Below, one piece after another: positions 7,800 through 15,046 of a stretch of 16,856 nt of DNA (positions within the stretch are counted from its first letter, which is position 1; each line of letters begins with the position of its first letter). The notes under the pieces are model-generated. The model was not told the origin of the DNA and did not search any database. It saw only the letters and a list, made by a program, of their open reading frames with translations. The translations under genes and the position numbers were made by a program. The stretch comes from Deinococcaceae bacterium (GTDB lineage: Bacteria > Deinococcota > Deinococci > Deinococcales > Trueperaceae): contig JBDZWC010000065.1 in assembly GCA_040256005.1 (NCBI GenBank), positions 1-16,856 of the forward strand, written 5' to 3'.

Positions 7800-9226
7800 G
7801 CCGGTGATGGCGCCGAGTCCAGCACGCGCCGGAGTGCCGCCACGTACTTGTCGGCGTGCGCCCGCCACGAGTAGTGCTCCCTCACGCCGGCGATGCCGTT
7901 CTCGGAGTAACGCTCCCACTTCTCGCGGTCGACGAGTATGCCCTTGATCGCCGCCTGGATCGCAGCGGTGTCGCGCGCGTCGATGAGCTCACCGGACCCC
8001 ACCTTGCCGATGATCTCCTGCGGCCCACCATGGTCGGTGGACACGACGGGTAGTCCGGAGGAGCTCGCCTCGATGATCGTGATCCCGAAGTTCTCGACCA
8101 GGGCGGGGTTGACGAACACGCCGCGTCTGGCGGCGACAAGGCGGTAGAGCACCGGGATGTCGGTGTCCGGCTGGTGCTTCTTGGGGAGAGCCAGACGGCC
8201 GTAGAGGTCGTACTTGTCCATCGACAGCAGGAGTCCCGTGAGCACCTCGCGCTCGTTGTCGTCCATCTGCTCGATGTCGCCCCTGACGCCCGCGAAGATC
8301 ACGAGGTTCGCCAAGTGCCTCAGCTCGTTGTCGGTGCCGTACGCCGTGACCAGGCCTTCGATGTTCTTGCGCCTGTCCGGGCGGCTGATCGCGAGTATCA
8401 CCGGTTTGTCGGGCTCGCGCAGGAACCGTGAGATCTCCCGCCTCATCCTGACCCGCGCCTTGACGACGTCCTCGTCCGGCTCGTAGCCCTCGTCGAGGTC
8501 GTAGTAGTACGGGTAGAAGCGGTCGACGTCCACGCCCGGTGGGATCACGACGAAGTTGGCCTTGGGCGCGGAGTCGTACAGCTCGTACCCTTTCTCGACC
8601 TCCTGACGCGTGCTGGCCACTACGATCCGCGCGGCCGCGAGCGCTCGCTCCTCGGCCTCGATCCGGCGGCTGATGTGGTACTGGTCCTCGATCTCCTCGC
8701 CCGTCATCCCGGCCCGCCGCAGCACGCGGCGCTTGTTGCGACCCAGCGAGTGCCCGGTGAAGACGAACGGCCTGTCCCAGCGGTCCGCGAGCCACATGGC
8801 CACCTCGCCGGCGTCGGGGTAGTGGCCGTGCACGACGTCCGGTATCCCGGGGCCGTTCTCGAAGTACCCGGCGGCGTTGGCGGCCAGCTCCTCCAGGTGG
8901 GGCCAGAGGAGCTCCTTGCGCATGTACTCGTCGCCACCAGCCTGTACCCGCACCAGGTCGACGTTCTCCGCCAGGTGCTCGACCGGTTTGGCGTAGTCGT
9001 CGCTGAGCTCGAGGTCGTCGATACGCCGGGTCACGAGGTCGACCCTGGCCACCTCCGGGTGCTTGCCTAGCGCCCTCGCGAGCTCGATGACGTACTTCGT
9101 CTGCCCGCCTGTGTCGGCGTCGTGCCCCAGCTCCAGGTCCTCGCCACGTATCAAGCCGTGAACGCTGAACATGGCGACGTGGAGCCCAGGCCCGCCTGCC
9201 TGCTTCCGCTCTCTGAGCTCTGCCAC
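7796..9226 (-). CDS. sps: Sucrose-phosphate synthase-like GT4 glycosyltransferase (stand-alone glucosyltransferase domain)
   Basis: SVHGLIRGEDLELGHDADTGGQTKYVIELARAL, RKELLWPHL, HGHYPDAG, FTGHSLG, ISRPDRRKNI, DKYDLYG and GVFVNPALVENFGITIIEA (EX7E). Start placed at GTG 9226 after a GGGAGG SD (the ORF track gives 9250). Confidence 0.88.
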   Translation of the reverse strand: MAELRERKQAGGPGLHVAMFSVHGLIRGEDLELGHDADTGGQTKYVIELARALGKHPEVARVDLVTRRIDDLELSDDYAKPVEHLAENVDLVRVQAGGDEYMRKELLWPHLEELAANAAGYFENGPGIPDVVHGHYPDAGEVAMWLADRWDRPFVFTGHSLGRNKRRVLRRAGMTGEEIEDQYHISRRIEAEERALAAARIVVASTRQEVEKGYELYDSAPKANFVVIPPGVDVDRFYPYYYDLDEGYEPDEDVVKARVRMRREISRFLREPDKPVILAISRPDRRKNIEGLVTAYGTDNELRHLANLVIFAGVRGDIEQMDDNEREVLTGLLLSMDKYDLYGRLALPKKHQPDTDIPVLYRLVAARRGVFVNPALVENFGITIIEASSSGLPVVSTDHGGPQEIIGKVGSGELIDARDTAAIQAAIKGILVDREKWERYSENGIAGVREHYSWRAHADKYVAALRRVLDSAPSPA

Positions 9227-9310
9227 GCGTGACCTCCCCGGCGTTGGCACACTACCGGCTGTGGCGATGAGATGGAGCGGGGGAGGATGTCATTCCCCGA
9301 TGCGCATGAA

Positions 9311-9328
9311 GATGCAAGCGCTTGTATC
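9311..9328. promoter_or_regulatory. 18-bp near-perfect palindrome, LacI/GalR-family-like operator
   Basis: GATGCAAGCGCTTGTATC, with one mismatched pair and a central AAGCGCTT; lies in the divergent sps/carA intergenic region. Confidence 0.55.
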
Positions 9329-9355
9329 GAAACCCAGTCTGGGCCCCGGGTGGCG

Positions 9356-9364
9356 TGATACAGT
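9356..9364 (+). promoter_or_regulatory. Extended -10 (TGaTACAGT) upstream of carA
   Basis: TGnTANNNT ending 9 nt before the ATG at 9374, with no SD. Confidence 0.45.
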
Positions 9365-9373
9365 GCGCGCTCG

Positions 9374-10522
9374 ATGCCCCTTCTCTCCAAGCCACGCGCG
9401 GTGCTCGCGCTCGAGGACGGCACCGTCTACAAGGGCTACGCCTTCGGCGCCCAGGGCAAGTCGGTGGGCGAGATCGTCTTCAACACCTCCATGACCGGCT
9501 ACCAGGAGATCCTGACCGACCCCAGCTACAACGGCCAGATCGTCACGATGACGTACCCGCACATCGGGAACTACGGCGTGAGCGTCTACGACATGGAGTC
9601 GAACAAGCCGTTCGCGCGCGGGTTCATCGTGCGAGAGTTCAGCCGGCGCACCTCGAACCACAGGGCCAACCAGGACCTGCAGTCGTTCATGGAGCAGCAC
9701 GGCATCGTCGGGATCGAGGGCATCGACACGCGCGCCCTGACCAGGCGCCTGCGCACCGGCGGGGTCGTCAAGGGCGTCATCTACCACGGCCATGCCGACG
9801 CGGCGCTCGAGTCTCAGCTCGTGCGCGAGGCGCAGGAGCACCTCGACATCGACGGGCGGGACATGACGCCCGAGGTGACGACGCCGCTGCCGTACGCCAG
9901 GCCCACCTTCAAGGACAACCCTAGGGTCGTCGTGCTCGACTTCGGCACCAAGAACTCGATCGTCTACCAGCTCGAGCAGGCGGGCGCCGAGGTCATCGTC
10001 GTGCCGGCGCAGACCACGCCGGCGCAGATCATGGCCCTGGACCCCTACGGCCTCGTCATCTCCAACGGGCCCGGCGACCCCGACGGGCCCAAGTACGCGC
10101 AGGACACCGTGTGGCAGATGCTGGGCCTGCTCCCCACCTACGGCATCTGCCTGGGCCATCAACTGCTCGGCCTGGCCGTGGGCGGTCGCACCTACAAGCT
10201 CAAGCACGGGCACCACGGCGCCAACACCCCGGTGAAGAACCTCATCACCGGCGGGGTGGAGATCACCAGCCAGAACCACAACTATGCCGTGGACATCGAC
10301 TCGATACCGAACGGTCAGTTCGTCGCGACGCACGTAAACCTCAACGACCGGACGCTGGAGGGGATGGCGCACGCGCGCTACCCGGTGTTCAGCGTTCAGT
10401 ACCACCCCGAAGCGAGCCCGGGCCCGCACGACGCCAACTACATGTTCCGCCGCTTCATGCAGGAGGTCGACGCCTTCGAGGGTGCCTCCTCGCTGCCTGC
10501 CCAGGCGCTGGCGGGCGTCTGA
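9374..10522 (+). CDS. carA: Carbamoyl-phosphate synthase small (glutaminase) subunit
   Basis: [50 protein letters not shown] (catalytic Cys) and [12 protein letters not shown]. Confidence 0.98.
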   Translation: MPLLSKPRAVLALEDGTVYKGYAFGAQGKSVGEIVFNTSMTGYQEILTDPSYNGQIVTMTYPHIGNYGVSVYDMESNKPFARGFIVREFSRRTSNHRANQDLQSFMEQHGIVGIEGIDTRALTRRLRTGGVVKGVIYHGHADAALESQLVREAQEHLDIDGRDMTPEVTTPLPYARPTFKDNPRVVVLDFGTKNSIVYQLEQAGAEVIVVPAQTTPAQIMALDPYGLVISNGPGDPDGPKYAQDTVWQMLGLLPTYGICLGHQLLGLAVGGRTYKLKHGHHGANTPVKNLITGGVEITSQNHNYAVDIDSIPNGQFVATHVNLNDRTLEGMAHARYPVFSVQYHPEASPGPHDANYMFRRFMQEVDAFEGASSLPAQALAGV

Positions 10523-10531
10523 CCGGGGCCG

Positions 10532-10984
10532 TCAGCGCAGCAGGTCCGCGCTGTCTAACCACAAGGTGACGGGCCCGTCGTTCACTAGCTCCACGGCCAT
10601 GTCGGCGCCGAACTCTCCGGTCTCCACGGGCACGCCGGCTTGACGTAGCGCGGCGGCGAAGCGCAGGTACAGCCGCTCGGCCTGCTCGGGGGGCGCGGCG
10701 TGCGAGAAGCCGGGTCGGTTGCCGGAGCGCATGTCGCCGTAGAGCGTGAACTGGCTGACCACGAGGCAGCCACCGCCCACCTGGTCGAGGGCGAGGTTCA
10801 TGCGGCCAGCGTCGTCGGAGAACACCCTGAGCTTCCTCACCTTCTCGGCCAGCCTGTCGGCCACGTCCTCGTCGTCCTCCGGGCCGACACCGACCAGCAC
10901 CAGCAGCCCGCGCCCGATCGAGCCGATGACCTCGCCCGCCACGCGCACCTCGGCGCGCGCGACGCGTTGCACCAGCGCCCTCAC
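10532..10984 (-). CDS. dtd: D-aminoacyl-tRNA deacylase
   Basis: MRALVQRV, VSQFTLYGD, GNRP.F, TGEFGADM and NDGPVT (Gly-cisPro motif). Confidence 0.96.
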   Translation of the reverse strand: MRALVQRVARAEVRVAGEVIGSIGRGLLVLVGVGPEDDEDVADRLAEKVRKLRVFSDDAGRMNLALDQVGGGCLVVSQFTLYGDMRSGNRPGFSHAAPPEQAERLYLRFAAALRQAGVPVETGEFGADMAVELVNDGPVTLWLDSADLLR

Positions 10985-11599
10985 CTAGAAGAGCGTGGCC
11001 TGCTCTGCGGTATCTATGACGACCTGCCCGCGCCTCGGGGGCAGCTCGTCGAGGGCACGCCTGATCTCCTGCATGTCCTGCCAAGTGAGCCACTTGGGAC
11101 CGCCCCGCTCTCGTCCGGCGTTCCTGAGCAGGTAGGCGGGATGGAACAGTGGGCGCAGCTTGATGCCATGCCAGTCGTGCCAGCGCCCACGCAGCCTGGT
11201 GATGCCCTCGGTCGTTCGCAGGAAGAACTGGGTGGGTACGTTGCCGAGCGTGCCGATCACCTGCGGACCGATCACCTTGATCTGAGCTAGTAGGAGGTCC
11301 GCGCTGGCGGCGACCTCGGCCGGCGTGGGGTTGCGGTTGCCAGGCGGGCGGTGCTTGACGATGTTGGTGATGTAGACCTGCTCCCGGTCGAGGCCCACGG
11401 ACATGAGCACCTTGTCCAGGAGTTGGCCGGCGCGGCCGACGAACGGCCGGCCAGTGAGGTCCTCGTCCTCCCCGGGGGCCTCGCCGATGAGCATGAAGCG
11501 GGCGTCCTCCGGCCCCTCGCCGAACACCAGGTTGTCAGACAGGTCCTTCAGCGCGGGCGCCTTGACCGCCGCGCCGCGCTCGAGCTCGAGGAGGTTCAC
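10985..11599 (-). CDS. udg: Family-4 uracil-DNA glycosylase (cysteine-free variant)
   Basis: VFGEG, motif A IGEAPG, EDLTGRPFVGRAGQLL, YITNIVK.RPP.NR.P and motif B FHPAYLLR. Confidence 0.93.
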   Translation of the reverse strand: MNLLELERGAAVKAPALKDLSDNLVFGEGPEDARFMLIGEAPGEDEDLTGRPFVGRAGQLLDKVLMSVGLDREQVYITNIVKHRPPGNRNPTPAEVAASADLLLAQIKVIGPQVIGTLGNVPTQFFLRTTEGITRLRGRWHDWHGIKLRPLFHPAYLLRNAGRERGGPKWLTWQDMQEIRRALDELPPRRGQVVIDTAEQATLF

Positions 11600-11618
11600 G
11601 CGTCCGTTGATAACACGG

Positions 11619-12008
11619 TCAGAGGCCCGCGACCTCGCCGTCCTGCAGCGCCTTGCGCTGGCTCCTGACCTCGCGCCTCAGCTTGGGCTCGAGGCCGATC
11701 ATGAGGAAGAAGTTCTCCAGGGCGTTCTCCCGCCCCTTGATCTCGGTATGGGCGAGCTCGGCGCTGCCGGTGACGAACGGCAGCGAGCGGTACTCCTCGA
11801 GCGCCTCGGCCACGACCTCGGACGGCGACAGCGTGGATGCCAGCTCGGATAGGTGCGAGTAGACGTTGCGCCGGGCCTCGGCGTGCAGGCGGAACGCGTC
11901 GGGGTTCTCGGTCTCGCCGGCGAGTAGCAGGTCCTGCTTCGCGATGCGACGGTAGTGCTTGAGCCCCCTGAGGATCTCCTCCGAGCTCAGGACCACGCGT
12001 GTTTCCAT
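11619..12008 (-). CDS. Hypothetical protein (129 aa, predicted helical)
   Basis: AAGGAG SD before the ATG; normal amino-acid composition; co-oriented with udg and dtd. No family recognised. Confidence 0.75.
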   Translation of the reverse strand: METRVVLSSEEILRGLKHYRRIAKQDLLLAGETENPDAFRLHAEARRNVYSHLSELASTLSPSEVVAEALEEYRSLPFVTGSAELAHTEIKGRENALENFFLMIGLEPKLRREVRSQRKALQDGEVAGL

Positions 12009-12132
12009 CTAGCGCTCCTTCCCGGGGCACGATCGCCCCATGCCGCCCAGGCGACCCTGCAGGCGGCACCACGACGCATCGCCCTCACCGGTCTGTCGGT
12101 GGGGCGACCCTGTCATCACCTCTGAAGAACCT

Positions 12133-12366
12133 CTATGCCTTCAACGTCCGGATGGGAACGGGGATCTCATGGTCGTCGGACCTGTCTTCTCGCTCCAGTA
12201 CCACGCCGGTGTACCTCGTCAACGAGGCGATCTCCTCGGCGTCGGTCCGGTAACCGCAGGCGTCGCACTCGAGCTCCTCGAAACCCTCCCGGTAGTGGAA
12301 GGTGACCGTGTCGCGACTGCCGCAACGCGGGCAAGGAGTCATCTCGTGGAACCCTTCGGCGTCCAA
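12133..12366 (-). CDS. Small zinc-ribbon protein (CPRC...CDAC)
   Basis: Two CxxC pairs; GGGAGG SD before the TTG start; TAGACT -10-like hexamer upstream (12393-12398). Confidence 0.7.
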   Translation of the reverse strand: MDAEGFHEMTPCPRCGSRDTVTFHYREGFEELECDACGYRTDAEEIASLTRYTGVVLEREDRSDDHEIPVPIRTLKA

Positions 12367-12464
12367 TGGAGCCTCCCGTCCTGGGTTGCCAGAGTCTAGC
12401 CCAACCGGGGCCCGGGTTAGTGTGCCCGGATGCTCGGAACGGGGTGGCGCCGGCGACCGCGCGA

Positions 12465-14090
12465 CTACCTAGACGCGCGTGGACGCGGCGCTGCGGCTAC
12501 GAGCTCCCTGGCGTGCTCCAACGCCGCGCCCGTAACGGTGCCCGACAGCATGCGCGCCAGCTCCTCGTCACGCTCGTCGCCCTGGACCCGGCGCACGCTC
12601 GTGACGGTGCGGCCGGCCTGCTCGGACTTGGAGACCACGAAGTGAGCGTCGGCGAAGGCCGCCACCTGGGCGAGGTGGGTGACGACCAGGACCTGCCGTC
12701 CGGTAGCGAGCTCCGCGAGCAGGGCCCCCACCTCGCGGGCGGCCCTCCCGCCGACGCCAGCGTCCACCTCGTCGAAGGCGAGCGTCCGCTGGGTGGCGCC
12801 GGTCACGAGGTGGAGCGCCAGCATCAGGCGCGAGAGCTCACCGCCCGAGGCGATCTGCGACACCGGCCCCAGGGGCTCGCCCGGGTTAGCCCCGAACAGG
12901 AACGTCACGTCGTCACTGCCGGACGCATGCGGCTGGTCCAGCGGTGCGACCCTCACCTCGAACACGGCGCTGGGCATCCCTAGCCGGGCGAGCAGTGGGG
13001 TGATCTGAGCCGCCAGCTCCTGGGCGGCGTGCCGCCTGGCTGCGCTGAGGCCTGCGCCCAGCTGTTCCAACCTCGCGGACAGCTGAGCCTCCTCGCGCTC
13101 CAGCTCCGCCTCGTCGTCGTCCAGCGCCTCGAGCTCCGACAGCTCCCGCCGGGCGCGCTCCGCGAATGCGACGACGGCCGGCAGGTCGTCGCCGTACTTG
13201 CGCTTGAGGTCGTCGAGCTTGGCGAGGCGGGCTTGAACGGCGTCGAGGCGACCGGGGTCCGCGTCGAAGCCGGAGAGGAACGCCTCGACCTCGGCGGCCA
13301 CGGCACCCAGCCCGGTGACGGCCGTCTCGAGGTCGTCCGCCAGTGCGGCCAGCTGCGGGGCATGCCTGGCAGCCGACCTGAGCTCGCGCAGAGCGCCGGC
13401 CGCTAGGGGAGTGGCGCTGGGCTCATCGCCCGCCAGCGCAGCGAAGGCGGCGCTGGCCGACTGGACGATGCGCTCGGCATGGCGCAGCGTGGCCAGGTCG
13501 GCCGCCAGGGCATCGTCTTCACCTACCGCGACCTTGGCCGCCTCGATCTCCTGCAGCTGGTACGCCAGCACGTCCTGACGGCGGGCGCGCTCACGCATGG
13601 CCGCACGCACCTCCTCGAGTTGGGCACGGACCTGGCCGCGGCGGGCGAACGCCTGCTTGTGCTCGGCCAGAGCGGACCTATCTGGTTCCGGCAGTAGCCT
13701 GTCGAGCTGGGCACGTTGCGCCGCCGGGCCCTGCAGCTCGAGCGCGCCATGCTGAGCGAAGACGGCCACGAGCTCACCGACCCGCTCCGCCAGCTCACCC
13801 ACCGTGACGACCTCACCGTCCAGCCTGGCGGTGTGCCTGCCGGCGGCGGAGACGCGCCGGCCGGCGGTCTGGATGGTCGCGCCTTCGAACTCGCCCTGCA
13901 CCAGGGCGTCCTCTGAGCCCGCCCGCACGAAGGCAGTGTCCGCGCGGGCCCCGGCGAGCAGGCTGAGGGCGTCGACGACGATCGACTTGCCCGCTCCGGT
14001 CTCGCCCGTCAACACGTTGAGACCCTCTGACAGCTCGAGCGAGAGCTCCCGGATTATCGCGAAGTCACGCAGCTCGAGACGACGCAGCAC
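12465..14090 (-). CDS. recN: DNA repair protein RecN
   Basis: Walker A TGETGAGKS, central coiled coil with LDDLKRKYG, NPGEP, signature ASGGELSR, Walker B FDEVDAGVGG, VTHLAQVA and ELARMLSG. Confidence 0.96.
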   Translation of the reverse strand: MLRRLELRDFAIIRELSLELSEGLNVLTGETGAGKSIVVDALSLLAGARADTAFVRAGSEDALVQGEFEGATIQTAGRRVSAAGRHTARLDGEVVTVGELAERVGELVAVFAQHGALELQGPAAQRAQLDRLLPEPDRSALAEHKQAFARRGQVRAQLEEVRAAMRERARRQDVLAYQLQEIEAAKVAVGEDDALAADLATLRHAERIVQSASAAFAALAGDEPSATPLAAGALRELRSAARHAPQLAALADDLETAVTGLGAVAAEVEAFLSGFDADPGRLDAVQARLAKLDDLKRKYGDDLPAVVAFAERARRELSELEALDDDEAELEREEAQLSARLEQLGAGLSAARRHAAQELAAQITPLLARLGMPSAVFEVRVAPLDQPHASGSDDVTFLFGANPGEPLGPVSQIASGGELSRLMLALHLVTGATQRTLAFDEVDAGVGGRAAREVGALLAELATGRQVLVVTHLAQVAAFADAHFVVSKSEQAGRTVTSVRRVQGDERDEELARMLSGTVTGAALEHARELVAAAPRPRASR

Positions 14091-14096
14091 GCGGCG

Positions 14097-14102
14097 AGTA
14101 TA
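14097..14102 (-). promoter_or_regulatory. -10 element (TATACT) of a probable leaderless recN transcript
   Basis: Minus strand TATACT-cgccgc-GTG(14090), 6-nt spacer. Confidence 0.65.
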
Positions 14103-14139
14103 GACGTCCCAAACGGGCGTAGTCGGTCTGGGGCTGGGC

Positions 14140-14145
14140 TATCAT
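14140..14145 (+). promoter_or_regulatory. -10 element (TATCAT) of a probable leaderless HMG-CoA lyase transcript
   Basis: TATCAT-ccagcc-ATG(14152), 6-nt spacer. Confidence 0.65.
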
Positions 14146-14151
14146 CCAGCC

Positions 14152-15012
14152 ATGCAGGCGGCCGGGCCCACCTACGTCGAGTGCCCGCGAGACGCCTGGC
14201 AGGGGCTGCCCCACGTGCTGCCCACGGCGGTCAAGGTGGCCCACCTCCAGTCGCTGCTCGACGCCGGCTTCAGGCACCTCGACCTGGGCTCGTTCGTCTC
14301 GCCGCGCGCCGTTCCCCAGATGGCCGACACCGAGAAGGTCCTGGAGGGACTCAACGCGCCGGACGACGCCGACCTGCTGTGCATCGTCGGGAACCTCCAG
14401 GGCGTCGAGAGGGCCGTCGAGTCGGGCCGCGTCACCAGCGTCGGCTACCCGCTGAGCGTCAACGAGACGTTCCAGCGCCGCAATGTCGGTCGGGGCCTCG
14501 CCGACTCCTGGCAGGAGCTGGAAGCGATGCGGTCGCTGGCAGTGGGGGCGGGCATCGGCTTGGTCGTCTACGTGTCGATGGCCTTCGGTAACCCGTACCG
14601 GGAGACCTGGTTGCCGAGCATGACGGCCGAGACGGTGGTCAGGTTGCGCGACATGGGTGTGAGACGCATCGCGCTGGCAGACACCGTGGGGACGGCAGAC
14701 GCCCAGGCGGTCGACCGGGTACTCTCCCGGCTCTCGAACGCCAGCGACCTCGGCCTGCATCTGCACGCGCGTCCCGATGCGTGGGAGCAGCTCCTCGAGG
14801 TCGGGCTGGCCCGGGGCGTCAGGTGGGTGGAGGGCGCGCTGGGCGGCGTGGGCGGCTGCCCCTTCGCGGGTGACGACCTGGTCGGCAACCTGCCCACCGA
14901 GCGAGTCCTGCCATGGCTGGCAGACCGCGGTTTCGGCGTGACGGGCATAGATAGCGCCGCGCTGGCTACGCTGGCGGAGGAAGCGAAGGCCCTGGCCGTA
15001 CGCTTCGGATGA
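14152..15012 (+). CDS. Hydroxymethylglutaryl-CoA lyase family protein (DRE-TIM metallolyase)
   Basis: ECPRDAWQG, GSFVSPRAVPQMADT, SMAFGNPY, LADTVGTA, GLHLH (metal site) and GGCPFA..DLVGNLPTE. Confidence 0.87.
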   Translation: MQAAGPTYVECPRDAWQGLPHVLPTAVKVAHLQSLLDAGFRHLDLGSFVSPRAVPQMADTEKVLEGLNAPDDADLLCIVGNLQGVERAVESGRVTSVGYPLSVNETFQRRNVGRGLADSWQELEAMRSLAVGAGIGLVVYVSMAFGNPYRETWLPSMTAETVVRLRDMGVRRIALADTVGTADAQAVDRVLSRLSNASDLGLHLHARPDAWEQLLEVGLARGVRWVEGALGGVGGCPFAGDDLVGNLPTERVLPWLADRGFGVTGIDSAALATLAEEAKALAVRFG

Positions 15013-15046
15013 TGCCTGGCCGCGACGGCAGGCGGGGCATCATCCG
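15006..15046. repeat. 11-bp perfect inverted repeat spanning the stop/start junction
   Basis: CGGATGATGCC (15006-15016) and GGCATCATCCG (15036-15046), with an inner GCCG-cga-CGGC stem. Confidence 0.8.

Noticed and set aside
7800..7919. Longer N-terminus of the HAD ORF, or a programmed frameshift fusing SPS and SPP
   Set aside because: The extension overlaps the SPS coding end, no slippery sequence is visible, and the GTGA overlap explains two separate genes.
9290..10429. 379-aa minus-strand ORF
   Set aside because: Antisense shadow of carA.
9374..10522. carA without an adjacent carB or pyrimidine attenuator
   Set aside because: Unlinked carA and carB are common; catalytic motifs are intact and no PyrR-type leader was recognised.
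10519..10535. Possible bidirectional terminator between carA and dtd
   Set aside because: Only a 5-bp CTGAC/GTCAG stem formed largely by the two stop codons, with no U-tract.
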